A stretch of 64,000 bases of DNA from Mobula hypostoma (Eukaryota), in assembly GCF_963921235.1 (NCBI RefSeq), contig NC_086109.1, positions 31,560,001 through 31,624,000 of the forward strand. The letters run 5' to 3'. Shown here one piece after another: positions 35,727 through 48,399 of the stretch. A program made the translations under genes and the position numbers. Under the pieces are notes generated by a model. The model did no database searches. It was not told where the DNA came from and saw nothing but the letters and a program-made list of their open reading frames with translations. Numbering within the stretch: the first letter of the stretch is position 1; every line of letters starts with the position of its first letter.

Positions 35727-35960
35727 GCAGCATGGTAGCGTAGGCATTAACGTAATGCTACTACAGTGTCCGTGACCCAGATTTGATTCCCAGTGCTGTC
35801 TGTAAGCAGTTTATACGTTTTCCCCATGGCGGTGTGTGTTTCCTCCAGGTTCTCCAGTTTCCCCTCATATTCCAAAGACCTGTGCGCTGGTAGTTTAATT
35901 GATCACATGGTGGTGAGGACTCACTGAGCTGGAAGGGGGTGTTACTGTGCTGTATCCTTT
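35727..35960 (+). mobile_element. tRNA-derived HE1/V-SINE-like SINE
   Basis: A-box-like GGTAGCGTAGG, degenerate B box, V-domain GTTTCCTCCAGG..GTTTCC..TCCAAAGAC, CR1-like tail. Confidence 0.8.
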
Positions 35961-35965
35961 TGTTG

Positions 35966-36240
35966 TGGTATGGAGGCTAGCGATTAACCTAATGCTATTA
36001 CAGCACCAGTGACCCTTATTCAATTCTGCTACTGGCTGTAATGAGCTTGTACATTCGCCCTGTGACTGTGTGGGTTTCTTCCAGCTGCTCCAGTCTCCTC
36101 CCTCAGTCCAAAGACGCATGGGCTAGTAGGTTAATTGGGCACATGGGTGTAATCGGGCAGCAATAGACTTGTTGGGCTGGGAGGGGCTGTTTTTTACTGT
36201 ATCTCTAAACAAACAAACAAACAAACAAATAAATAAATAA
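35966..36240 (+). mobile_element. Second tandem HE1/V-SINE-like SINE with (AAAC)n(AAAT)n tail
   Basis: Collinear with the preceding copy. Confidence 0.8.
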
Positions 36241-36649
36241 ACCGTGCAAAATGCACTTTCTGTTAATGTGCATGTCGCATTTACCAATGCCAAAAATACA
36301 ATGAACCAGCTTCTAGTGGCTTGTGATCTCGTCCAAATTCAGCAGCTCCTGAATCTCTCCTTAGTAACATTATCTATGCAGCCCTGAATAAATTAAGCTG
36401 GTGGCATGCTGATGTCCAGGTATGATGCAGAAAGTCTGTTATCGCATAGGATTTTATTTTACCTAAAATAAAATGCTGCTGTCCTGCAGAATTTTGAGAT
36501 GAGAGGGCAATTTTTAAAATTAGTCAATGGAGAGGCTGGGAATGCAGACACAACCTCAATCATTCCACCTTACATTAAAGTTGACCACAACTACATATGA
36601 GAAGCATAGTTGTAGTTACGGATCAATGGGGAGAGAATTCCTGGATTAT

Positions 36650-36675
36650 TTTATTATTATTATTATTATTATAAT
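36650..36675. repeat. (TAT)n microsatellite
   Basis: Direct inspection. Confidence 0.85.
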
Positions 36676-37249
36676 ATCTGGAAAGCTGAGAATTAACAGG
36701 GAAAATAGAAAAAAAACCTGCATGTAAAAATAGGCATAAAACAGTCTGAGTTTAGTAACATATAGCTAAATGCAAATCTTTATAGATAGATGTGTTGTGG
36801 ACACGATAGACATACAGTATGTATGTATGATATTATAGCTATGATGTGACAAAAATGTGGCAGGACTGGAAATTTAACAATCTTGGTTACAGACGTCAGA
36901 TAAACTGTAAAAGGGAAGCTGGGCTGATAATAGTTAAAGAAACGATCCTAGTGTGTGAACGGATGATAAGTTAGAAAGATCATTAAATATGTAGGTCTAA
37001 AAAGAACAAATTAAAGGCTCAATCATACTCTTCAATCACACTCTTAAAAATGTACTTTAGATTCCCCAAAAAGTTGAAGAGAAATTGGAGAGCAAGTTTC
37101 TCAGCATATTTCTGCCAAGTGCCAAAGCACTAACCCAAGAGTGTTAAACGGGATACCGTCAATTTGAAAAATATAGATGGTATAAAATTCCTAAATTGTA
37201 GGGAAGTTTTATAGATACTAAGTTGGAAACACAACAAATGAAGGAGGGT

Positions 37250-37750
37250 GGTTGCAATTCATGATATTCTTACAGTAACCCTATATCCTATGATCACCTT
37301 AATATTTAAAAGTTCAGTCTTCACTGCATTGAATATACTCGGTAATTGAGCATCTACACCCGTTTGGAAAGTGAACTGCAAAGATTTGCTATTCTCAGGA
37401 TGAAAAAATGTCCTCTTAATTCTGTACTGAGGGGTTACTTCCTTATTCTGAGATTATGACTCCCACCAGTAGTTATCCCAGCCAGGGGAAATATTATTTT
37501 CACATCTATACTGTCAAACCACTAAAGAATTTTACATATGTCAATGAGATCACAGCCCATTCATCTGAACTCAAGTTAATATAAACCTGATATTTTAAGA
37601 ATCAATGTGGTGAACTTTCAGTAAAGAGACTATATTTTTTGCACAGTTTTGCAGATGCAGTCTCACCAGGACTCACCAGCACTCACCCAGCACTCACCAG
37701 GACTCACGAGGACCAGTCTCACCAGGACTGTCAATGACTGGAGCAAGGCA
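37250..37750 (-). mobile_element. Old CR1 fragment with a local (ACTCACCAGG)-like 10-bp tandem expansion at 37660-37729
   Basis: Degenerate match to 21000-21560; about 6 imperfect repeat units. Confidence 0.6.
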
Positions 37751-37754
37751 GAAG

Positions 37755-38592
37755 AAGATAGCACCAGTAAACAACATGACCAAGGGTGACATCCTCCAAA
37801 CAGTTCACAAAACTACTTCTTTCACTTCTTTTACATCATCTTTTTCTTTCAAATGTAGTTCTGCCACGGTTGGAGCCTGTGATCTACATTTTGGTGATGT
37901 GTTTTGAGGCTGATTGAGCGTCCTGGCACTTTGCTGTCTCTGAGGAGGTTCCGTGAGGTATGTGGCCTCAAGGCCAAGAAGCCTGTAGCCCACGGTTGAT
38001 TCCATTTCACACCAATCTTGCTGATTAAGCCACCAAGGAAGATTGAAATCATCAAGGCAAGTGCGGAAAGTGAATGGGTATTCAGCCCCGTCTCATTTAC
38101 TGCTGCTGGAGGAAGGTAAGCGATGGTCTCTCTCTCCCTTTCGCTCACTACTCCTGAAAGAAGGTTCGTTTGATCATTCATTTGAACGATTTCTCTCTCC
38201 CTTGATGTTGTCAGAGGATGGTTCAGGAGTTCTGGGTCTCCGGCAAGGTTTAACTGAAGCGGTTTGTGGATTGGACTGTAGTTCACATTATATTGTGTTT
38301 CTGGTTTCTGTTCACTCCTATTCTGATGCTATTTTGGGAGATTTTGAATTGGGGCAGCCTACAGATAATGAACACTAAGCTGAACTGAATATGCCTGGGC
38401 CCTCTTTTGATTTTGTGTTTTATATTCTGTGTTCTTCATTCATTTTCTTCTTTGCTGTTTGTGCCTTTTGTTTTTTCTGCACGTGGGGTGTTTGATGTTC
38501 TTCTTGAACAGGTTCCACGGTTTTCTTTGCTTCGTGACTGTCTGTGGGGAAGGCATATCTCAGAGTTGTATATTGCATACATACTTCTGTAA
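37755..38592 (+). mobile_element. Non-autonomous element with a Rex1-type 3' tail (tail resumes at 41827-41855)
   Basis: Starts AAGATAGCACC; ends ATCTCAGAGTTGTATATTGCATACATACTTCTG-TAA-TAAATGTACTTTG, split by the Chapaev3-like insertion. Confidence 0.6.
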
Positions 38593-41500
38593 CATTGGAC
38601 CACAAATTTCTTGGAACATGTTGCTTCCTCAGAAATCTTTTATGATTATAATAGATGACTTGAGGCTGAATAGAAATATTATTTCAAACTACTTGCATCA
38701 CAAAGAAATTTGGAGAAACATGAGATTAACTTTCATTGAATATAATGTGTCTAATTGCATAACAGTGCTGACACATTGCAATAGTTCAACTAAGCTAAGA
38801 ATGTTTTGTTGATGATTTTCATTTGTACTCAGAGCCTGAAGCTTTTTGCTGAAGTGTCCAACAATAATCAGCCAGCATTGATGGATTCCAGTTGCCCTGA
38901 TACCATTTTCTTCGGTCCTGCTTGAAGTTCTTCCAATTGCCTGTCGTTGATGATCTGTTTGATTTGTGGACCAGCAAAAATGCCTTCCTTAATCGTGGCA
39001 TCATTTATTCTGTGAATCATCTATCTGAAATATCGAAATACTTCACGGAAATTTTTGTTGCTGGTGATAGCAAATTCCATCCTTGCAATCTTGAACCTTT
39101 TACCTTTGACAAACCCAGGTCTCTGATCAGATCATTTAATTCAGATTCAGTTATCAGATGAGGTTCACTCGACACAAAGGGTTCAAAATCTGTATCAGCA
39201 TCAGCGTCATCTTCCATTGCTGGCTCGTACCTCATGGTACCTTCATCTGCCTCCTCTAGACAGCATGCCTCTGGTGGCTTTCATATTGGAAGACTATAGT
39301 CATGTGGTACAGGTTTCATGGCTGAAGGTAGACTAGGGTATTCAATGGATTTCTTGTTTTTAGCAGAGGGAAACAGACACACTGGTCAGACAGTAGTAGC
39401 AGTCTGTCACATGATTTTTCTGCTCTCAACATATCGTCGGGACAGCGAACAGCGTTGACTTCCGAGTACCTCTGAGCCAAGTTCTAAGATCGACAGTGCA
39501 TGTTGCACAACAAATGTGAGGAGTTCAGGTTTTGTCTTGGTCGCCAATTTTACAACCAAAATAGAGCTCATGGGCTTTGATAATAACAGGTGACATGCTC
39601 CATCTTTGAGATTTAAGTCAATATTCACCACAAAACGTATTGTGGCTATTACAACAATGCCAAGACACTTTGCTATCAAAAATACTTCTAAAAGTACAAT
39701 TACTTTATTATAATAAGTACACACATTATGCTATGCACATAGAGCACGTGCATCAATGTGATCTTAAAGCGATATACACGTAAACACAACGCATAGAACA
39801 GTGTGTGCATGATGCTTTTATAGCCTTTCTAAAACCTGTCCTGCCATGCAGCATCTGTTCTGCCTAAGCATTTGCAGGCATGCCTGGACAAGATAGAAAA
39901 CGTTTCAGCTTCCCTATAATACATATAGACACTATACACCTCCACCCATTGCCACCCGCCCCCCCCCCCCACCCAAGGAGGGCCTCAAAGCTCTCTGTTT
40001 CTTTCTGGACACCGGATCCAACCAGTTCCCCTCCACTACCACTCTCTGCCTAGGGGAACTTGTCCCTCACTCTAAGTAATTTGTCCTTTGTGTCTTCACA
40101 CTTATGTCAAACAAAAGGGGTAGCCATGGGCACTCGCATGGGTCCCAGCTATGCCTGCCTATTTGTTGGCTACATGGAACACTCTATGTTGCAAGCTTAC
40201 GCTGGTGATTGTCCAGCACTTTTTCTATGCTATATCGACGACTGCATTAATGTTGCTTCTTGCACCTGTGCTGAACTCATTGATTTCATTCACTTTGCTT
40301 CCAACTTCCATGCGGCTCCCAGATTCACCTGGTCCATTTCTAACACCTCTTTTCCTTTTCTCAATCTCTCTGTCTCTATCTCCAAAGACAGCGTGTCCAC
40401 CGATGCCCATATACATCATCCCACCTCGTCCTACTTGTAAAAATGCCATCTCCTTCTCTCAATTCCTCCATTTCTACCGCATCTGCTCTCAGGATGAGGC
40501 TTTTCATTCTTGAACAAAGGGGATGTCCTCCGTTTTCAAAGGAAGGGGCTTCCCTTCCTCCACCATCAACACTGCCCTCAACTGCATCTCTTCCATTTCA
40601 TGCACATCTGCTCTTAACCCATCCTCCCGCCACGCTACCAGGACTATAGTTCCTCTTGTCCTCACCTACCACCCCACCAAGCTCCGCATCTGGCACATAA
40701 TGCTCCGAAACTTCCACCACCTCCAACTGGATCCCACCACCAAACACATCTTTCCCTCCCCCCACTTTCTGCTTTCCACAGGGATCACTCCCAATGCGAC
40801 TCCCTTGTCCATTCGTCCCTCCCCACTGATCTCCCTCCTGCCACTTATCCTTGCAAGCATATGAAGTGCTTCACCTGCCCCTACACCACCTCCCTCACTA
40901 CCATTCAGGGCCCCAAACAGTCTTTCACGTGAGGCGACACTTCACCTGTGAGTCTGGTGGGGTCATATACTGTTTTAGTGCTCCCAGTGTGGCCTCTTGT
41001 ATATCAGTGAGACCCGACATAGACTGGTAGACCACTTTGCCGAGCACCCCACACTCTGTCCGCCAGGACAAGCGCGATATCGCAGTGGCCACCCATTTTA
41101 ATTCCACTTGCCATTCCCATTCCGATATGTCCATCCATGGCCTCCTCCACTACTGGGATAAGGCCACACTCAGGTTGGAGGAACAACAGCTTATATTCCG
41201 TCTGGGTAGCCTCCAAACTGATGGCAGGAACATCGATTTCTCTATCTTCCAGTAATGCCTCCACCCCAACTTCACCATTTCCCATGTTCTTTCCTTCTCT
41301 CATGCTATATCCTTACACATCCATCGCCTCCTTCTGGTGCTCCTCCCCCCTTTCTTCTTTCTTCCATGGCTTTCTGTCTCTTTCACCAATCAACTTTGTT
41401 TCATCCCTCCCCCTCCAAGTTTCACCTATCGCCTGGTGTTTCTCTCTCCCATCCCTCCACCTTTTAAATCTACTCCTCAGCATTTTCAGCACTTTTTCTC

Positions 41501-41826
41501 CGGTCCTACTGAAGGGTTTTGGCCCAAAACATTGACTGTATTTTTTTCCATAGATGCTGCCTGGCCTGCTGAGCTCCTTTATCATTCTGTGCATGTTGCT
41601 CGGACTTCCAGCATCTGCTGATTTTCTCTTGTTTGAAACTTTTCAGCTTACATTGTGGGCAACATTTTAATTGACTTGAGTTATCAATTGAAATAAAAAA
41701 TATAGGTGATTTCAAAAACAATGGTACGTGATAAAAACATTTCATTGTGCATTTCATGATTAGCAGCCCAAAATCCGTAAGGTACACCCAAAAGTATTCC
41801 GGAAGCAAAATTTTTGTTGAACAGTT
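38593..41826 (-). mobile_element. Internally deleted Chapaev3-like (CMC superfamily) DNA transposon
   Basis: Transposase remnants YFGCKIGDQDK, EQKNHVTDCYYCLT, IEYPSLPSAMKPVPHD, PHLITESELNDLIRDLGLSK..SRLQGWNLL, YQGNWNPSMLADYCWTL; degenerate termini CATTGGACCACAAA / TTTGTTGAACAGTT; TAA on both flanks. Confidence 0.8.
39912..41635 (+). mobile_element. Older 5'-truncated PLE (RT, GIY-YIG, tail with degenerate hammerhead at about 41501-41538)
   Basis: QTKGVAMGTRMGPSYACLFVGYME, YIDDC, PLVLTYHP; 14-bp TSD AAAC(G/T)TTTCAGCTT (39898-39911, 41636-41649). Confidence 0.9.
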
Positions 41827-41889
41827 TAATAAATGTACTTTGCTTTGTACTTTGTACTCAATCATAGAGATATAAAGAGTATTTTGTGT

Positions 41890-43040
41890 AGCACAGCTGC
41901 ATAAAGGTTAGCATAACACTTTACAGTGTCACATGACCAGCAACAATGAATATAGAATTGAGTCAGGTTTTAAAAACAAACATAAACATTTATTAAACTC
42001 TGCTCAACAATAGCGAAAAGTATTCAAACGACTAACTTAACCGGAAGTTAACTGCTATATGGCAACTCCGGAACAGTTCTTAAAGTGGTAAATTCGAACA
42101 CAGTCTTAAAATGGTAAATTTGAAAGTCCAAGTGATTTACACAGTCAATAAGGAGAGACTTCCCTGGAAACGGATTTCTTCGAAGACGTGATGTTACTGC
42201 TGATTCTGTCCAAAGGATTCACAACAAAGGAAATAAAATGGCTTAAAGGAACTGACATTTTCCTGGCGAATGAACACTGCATAAACCTTCCTGATCTTAC
42301 AGGGGTTATCTCAGATGCAGCCCACTATTTCTGAATGAAGATTCAATATGGTCGTTCCTGTATTAAACCGCTGAATGACACCATCTTTACTCAATCCTTC
42401 AGGTTCTCGTACTTTAGTAAGGTCTTCACTCTCCAAAACTAGACTGTAAAGGTAAATCAAAGGTACCCCAAACAAAACTGGCAGCGATTGGCAAAACTGC
42501 CGACAGAACGATTTTACCTTACAATAGAAAGTAAAACTCCACTTTAAAATGAAACTGCGTCCTGAGATGAATACTCAGCATACGGAGTAACAGACGAATT
42601 AAACAATGAATCAACTGCGCAACATTTTCCTGTTATATACCTGTTGAGAACACGTCATCATCCGACCTCACACTGGCGGGAAAATTACATCACCCTACCA
42701 TCACAAGAACATTACATCATGCTCACAAGATACTCAATTACATCATAGTTATAAGACAGTCACAAGATACCCACGAGGTATGTAACAACAGTGCCACCTG
42801 CAAGATTAGGGTTCAATTCCTGATGCCGTCTGTGAGAAGTTTGTATGTTCTTCCTATGACTGAGTAGATTTCCTCTGAGTGCTTCGGTTTCCTCTCACGT
42901 TCCAAAACATGCAGAATGGGTTAGGTTTAGTCAGTTGTGGGCATGCCATATTGGGGCAGAAGCATGCCAGAAGCGTTGGTCATTGACATGTATGTTTCAA
43001 TGTACATGTACGATAAAGCTAGTCTTTAATCTTCATTTAT
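41890..43040 (+). mobile_element. tRNA-derived V-SINE-like SINE split by a solo LTR
   Basis: GGTTAGCATAACACTTTACAG | TGCC..GGGTTCAATTCC (B box)..GGTTTCCTCTCAC. Confidence 0.7.
41927..42787 (-). mobile_element. Solo LTR (861 bp)
   Basis: TGTCACAT...ATGTAACA termini; perfect 4-bp TSD ACAG; AATAAA on the minus strand near 41990. Confidence 0.85.
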
Positions 43041-44799
43041 CTTTAGTTCAAGAGGATTTTAATGTTAGAATTGGGGATGCATTTGAAGAAAATAGTTAAG
43101 ATTTTTAGAAAACAGATTACAGCTGTCTTGAAAATGACGATGATGCTGAGATGAACGACTCTGAAATGTTGCATGGAATAAGCATTGCCAAAGAACAAAA
43201 ATGGTTTTAATGTTTTTTGAAAGATTAAATTGCAAACTTAGATGGAATATATCTTAGGCTGTTAAAAGAAGCAAAGAAGGAAATTCCAAAGACTGCGACT
43301 TCTGGAGAAGAAAACTTTGGAGAGTAGGAAGATATAGATGATTTGGGTAATTGGGTAGAAATTGACTAATGGACTAATAAAATTGAATAATTCAGCAGAC
43401 AATGAAGTAATGGATTTTAGGAGGTGCAACAAGGCAAGTAAAATACAATAAACGAGAGTATATTGATTGGTTGGGAGAAATAGCGTGTAGGCCCATAGAT
43501 CTTTAAAGGTAGCTGGATCTGTGGCAAGATCTGAGATATTCGAGACCCTACAAGAAGTCCAGGTGTGACCAACAGAAGGCCATTGTAAGAGCAAAAAGGC
43601 AAATCTGTGTGAAGTTAGAGACACAAGCGGATGGATAACAGATGTAGCAGGGTTTGCATGCCATTAATTCGTATAAGGGGAGACATAAGAGAACAAATTG
43701 CTGTGATGCTTCACTCCTCACTGAGTTCAATGTCTTTCATGTGCACTTTAAAAAGGAGAATAAAACTACACCCGTGTGAATCCCACATCATCATGCTATC
43801 CTGTCATCTCTGTCTTGGAGCCTAATGTCAGACCGTTTTTCAAAGGCCCCATCAGGCCCCAAGTGTGTATCTGGCAGGGCACAGAAAAGCTGTGTTTTCA
43901 GTGTTCAAGGACATCTTCAATGATCCACTGCTGTAGTCAGAGGTTTCCACCTGCTTTAAACAGGCATCAATCATGCAAGGGCCCAAAATAAACAGGGTGA
44001 ACTGTCTGATTGACTATCGCTCAGTAACACTCACACCTACTGTGATGAAGTGCTCTGAGAGGTTGGTCATTATCTCCTGCCTGAGCAAGGACCTGTACAC
44101 ACTACAATTTGCCTACCCCCACAATGCATCTACAAGGGACGTAATCTCACTGGCTCTCCACTTGGCCTTGGATCATGTGGAGAACAGGAATGCTTACGTT
44201 GGCCTGCTATGTAGTGATTACAGCTCGACTTTCAACACCATCATCCCCTCAAGTACTAGTCAACAAGCTTCAAAACCTGAGCCTCTGTATGTCCCTCTGC
44301 AACTAGATTCTGTGTGGATTATTATCAACATCTCCTCACTGACTATCAGTGGATGTGATGGTCCGGACTGTGAAGTCCGCAATCCAGATCACAGTCCGGT
44401 CCATGGACTTAGGACTCCGGGTCTTCCAGCTGTCTCTTGTTTGAGTTAATCAGAGGCACTTGATTCCCATCTTGAGCTTGGAATATAAGTAACCTTGGGG
44501 TTGAGTGTGAGTGGCTGGTTTGTCTTGTCAGTCCCTCTTGGAGCAACCTGCTGATGGAAGGCTAGTGAAACCATTGGTGATCTCTAGGCCTGGTTGGAGG
44601 ACCACCACTTCATGGAGACTTGTTGTCACTCATTGGATTTGTCTTTGCGGTATGGATTCAGCTGTTTCCTGGGCCAGCTGAGTGGCCGTCAGCCACTCCG
44701 AGCTAGGTAGGGATCCGGCTGTTTCCGTAGCCATCGGAGGTTGCTGGCTATTACTGTGACTCGGACCTTCCCTGGAGCAGAGATGGAACTGTCTGTTGT

Positions 44800-45065
44800 T
44801 CTTTGGTGTTTGTCTCTTCTTGCCCTCGCCTCTGTGGGGCAAGCCAGGCTGTTTTGCCGTTGCCCTGCGGGGGTATCTGTCTTGTCTTGTCCTTGCCTCT
44901 GTGGGGTAAGTCAGACCATTCTGCTGTTGCCCTGCGGAGGGTCCTGTCTTGTCTTGTCTTGTCCTCGCCTCCGTGGCGTAAGTCAGGCCGTTTTGCCGTT
45001 ACCCTGCGCGGGGGTCTGTGTTGTCTTGTCCTTGCCTCTGTTGGGTAAGTCTGGCCATTCTGACC
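44800..45065. repeat. Tandem repeat of about 60-65 bp (about 4 copies)
   Basis: Recurring TGTCTTGTCCTTGCCTCTGTGGGGTAAGTCAGGCC..GTTGCCCTGCGG. Confidence 0.75.
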
Positions 45066-45266
45066 TGTCCCACCTTGGTGTGGAGATGAAGTTGAGTCCC
45101 AGCTTGTCTTAGGATAAATCCTGGCTCTTTGTCTATATTCTGTCCTGTCTCATGTTAGTGTCATGTTAAAGATGAGTCCCGGCTTGTCGAAGGATAAGTC
45201 CCGGCTCTGTGTTGATGATCGGTTCCCAGTCTGTCTCTAGCTCCAAGCCAAGCCTTGATGATCCCT

Positions 45267-45590
45267 CAGCCAAGCTCCAAGACACCCAAGCCTCGAGGAT
45301 CCTAAGCCAAGCACCAAGACACCCAAGCCTCGAGGATCCTAAGCCAAGCTCCAAGACACCCAAGCCTCAAGGATCCCAAGCCAAGCTCCAAGACACCCAA
45401 GCCTCGAGGATCCTAAGCCAAGCTCCAAGACACCCAAGCCTCGAGGATCCCAAGCCAAGCTCCAAGCCTCGAAGATGCCAAGCTCCAAGACACGCAAGCC
45501 TCGAGGATCCCAAGCCAAGCTCCAAGACACGCAAGCCTCGAGGATCCCAAGCCAAGCTCCAAGACACGCAAGCCTTGAGGATCCCGAGAC
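45267..45590. repeat. 37-bp minisatellite (about 9 copies)
   Basis: Unit CAAGCCAAGCTCCAAGACACCCAAGCCTCGAGGATCC; CCTCGAGGAT recurs at 45291 and 45328. Confidence 0.92.
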
Positions 45591-46318
45591 CCGAGACCCC
45601 AGCCTCAAGCCAAGCTTGGGCCTCTAGACCCCAGCCACATCCCGTCCTGAAGCCATGTCATGACCTTGCCTGGCTCTGGGGTCCGAACCCGAGGCAAGAC
45701 CCAGGTTCTGGGTCCTTGTCCAGTCTCTGGCTCGGAGTCCAAGCCTTGTCTCCTAGTCCATGGTTCCTAGTCCTGGTACCGCTTACCCTAGCGCAGGTCT
45801 GCGTTCTTGTCCCTGCTCCTTGCCTGTATCATGTCACGTCCCTACTCCAGTCAAGTCCTGTTCCTAGCACTTCAGTGTCTGTGTCTTGCATTTGGGTCTG
45901 TTCCTGGGACCCCATTATGACAGTGGAGGTGCACCTTAAGGAGTTATGCTTAGCCCAACACTGCTCCACTCTGTCTACTCTCATGTCAGTGAGGCTAGGC
46001 ACACCTCAAACACCATCTATAAATTTGCCGATGACATGTTGGCAGAAACTCCAATGGAAAGAGGAGGGATACAGAAGTGAGGTAGATCAGCTGTTTGAGT
46101 GGTGTCACAACAACACCCCTGTACTCAGTATTGGTAAGACCAAGAATTTATTGTTGACTTCAGGAAGGGAAAGTCAGCGGAACACACACGAATTCCCATC
46201 AATGGGGTAGCGGTGGAAAGGTGAGTGGCTTCAGATTTCTGGGTATTAGCATCTCAGAGGATCTATCCTGGCCCCGATATATTGATGCCATCACAGTGAA
46301 GGCATGTCCGCAGCTGTA

Positions 46319-46656
46319 CGAGGGGTGATTCATAAATTTGCGGCCTAAGGTAGAAGGAGATGAGTTATTAACTTCAAACGTTCTGCATTTTAACTCAGAG
46401 TTGAACTGCATGTGCATATAAAGAAAGCTGTATAACTCATCTCCTTCTACCTTAGGCCACGAATGTATCAATCACCCCTGCTGTGGACCACTTTCTGAAA
46501 GTCCAAGGCGCCAACTTCTACAAAGAAGGGATCCGTATGTTCACGACCGCTGGACTAAGTGTGTAAATGTAAGAGGGTGCTATGTTGAAAAATGTGCTAG
46601 GTGTTCTAAAACTGACTCCTTCTACCTTAGGCCACAAACTTATCAATCACCCCTTG
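46319..46656 (+). mobile_element. Mariner-derived MITE with an extra internal TIR
   Basis: TA TSD; TIR of about 40 bp CGAGGGGTGATT.ATAA.TTG.GGCCTAAGGTAGAAGGAG; transposase C-terminal remnant FYKEGIRM..DRWTKCVNV...YVEK. Confidence 0.88.
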
Positions 46657-47021
46657 TACTTCTTAGGAGTTTGAGGAGATTTGACAACACGTACCATGGA
46701 GAGCATTCTGACCGGCTGCATCACTGCCTGGTATGGAGGCTCCAGAACACCAGATCAAAAGAGTTTGCAGAGTCAGCCAGCTCCATCATGAATACAAGGA
46801 CATCAGCAAGAAGGCGGCATCAATCATTATCCAGGTCAAGCCTTCTATTTACTACCATCAAGAGGAGGTACGGGGCCTGACCTGAAAACAAACATTCAAT
46901 GTTTTAAGAACAGTTACTTCTCCTCTATTATCAGATTCTGAAGTTGTCCTGTACTCACGAACACCACCTCACTATTCCTCTTTTGAACTATATACTTATT
47001 TTTTTATTGTAATTTATAATT

Positions 47022-48261
47022 CAGAGGATTCTGTTTAAATTGGGCCACCAGTTTATCAAGGCAGCAGCTCATTTGGGATAACTTTTAAAGAATAAAAATT
47101 AATTGAGAAAATAGCTCTGATTCCCTCTGTTTATGTGGGACACGATGCCGCTTAATTGGGACAGGAGACTGATGCTGAACATTTTCTAAGTTGTGTCGGT
47201 CAAATGCACTTGTGTTGCCATTCGAAACTACACTGTGCTTAGACAGAACAGCATTAGTTGCATGTGCTTCTATTATGTTATCCATTTGGGTCAACAAAAG
47301 CCAATTCTAAAAGCAGCGGTTTTTAAGTCCATTGCCAAGATGCTATGAAATGCAAGTTCTTCTGTTTGTCGACAATTGTGCAACACACCCTAATATAGAA
47401 ATTTTGAGAAACACCCAACTGGAATTTCCCTGCCAGCCACTACAACATCCTTGGTGGGAATCATAAAAAAAATTGAAAGATGTACTGTGGGAAGTTGGTG
47501 AGCCACACATTCAAAACAATTGAAGAACATATACTAACATCATCTTCAACAGCCAAGGAAGTGAGTGCAAGGGTTAATCTTTTACAGGTAGTACAGTTTG
47601 TCAGTGATAGTTGGTGAGAAATAAGCAGCAAGACAATTCAGACTGTTTTGCTCACTGTGGTTTCAAACATTCAGGGTTGGAGATGCCACAAATGGCTGGG
47701 AGTGAAAAGGAAACTATTGCACTATTTCAACAGGTTAAGAACTATGAAGAATTTGAAGGTATCGGCACTAATCCTGAATGTTACAATAAAAATAAAGATT
47801 TAGAGGATGCAAACTTTGAAAGTATTGTATCAACACCCAGGGTGGGAAATACAAAGACAAGGAAAGTGATAAAGATGATACATCTGAAATTGTGCTAGTG
47901 ACTACGCAGGATGCCAGGAAAGTTATTGTTGAATTATGACACTACTTCATGCAGGAAGGCAATGAAGGCAATCCATTATCTGCACGAGGTGTCTGCACCA
48001 ATTTTGTTCATTTACAGACAATCAAGGTCAAGCAGCGTTTGCTGGATGAATTCCTCCATCTTTAACTATTAGGAAAACAAATACAGTTTTATAGTAGTGT
48101 AGCAGTATTGGTAGTTTTCTAATTTGATATATATTGCGTTTAAATGCATACTTTGTTACTCAGTTAAATGGTAGTTTGTCTTCTTTATACCTTTATAATT
48201 ATTTGGCTAATTGGGCCAAAATGTAGTGGCCCCGATGTGTCCCAGTTAACCAGAACCACTG
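47022..48261 (+). mobile_element. Tigger/pogo-like DNA transposon, internally deleted
   Basis: TIRs CAGAGGATTCTGTTTAAATTGGG / CCCAGTTAACCAGAACCACTG followed by TA; remnants VLLFVDNCATHP, VNLLQVVQFVSDSW, FAHCGF. Confidence 0.82.
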
Positions 48262-48399
48262 TATTTTTATTTATGCCTTGCACTGGACTGTTGCCACAAA
48301 ACAACAAATTTCATAACGTGTCTAAAATAATAAACTTGATTCTTCTTCTGATTCTGATTCTGATCGACCAACAGAGTAGCTGAAAGATATTTCAAACAC

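Larger units (their letters stand above)
44354..45922 (+). mobile_element. 1.57-kb solo-LTR-like element containing minisatellites
   Basis: TGTGAT...ATGACA termini; perfect 5-bp TSD GTGGA (44349-44353, 45923-45927); TATAAG near 44483. Confidence 0.8.
43790..47020 (+). mobile_element. Decayed Rex1/Babar-like LINE with nested solo LTR and mariner MITE
   Basis: DYRSVTLTPTVMKCSERLV, LQFAY, DYSSTFNTIIP; RT sequence resumes after each insert. Confidence 0.8.

Noticed and set aside
35727..36240. tRNA genes
   Set aside because: Degenerate A/B boxes are followed by a V-domain and LINE tail with no cloverleaf, so these are SINEs.
45267..45590. CRISPR-like array (37-bp repeats)
   Set aside because: Units are directly adjacent with no unique spacers, there are no cas genes, and the context is a eukaryotic LTR.
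45209..46210. 333-aa ORF as a host gene
   Set aside because: It is read-through of a stop-free 37-bp minisatellite, the LTR end and out-of-frame Rex1 sequence.
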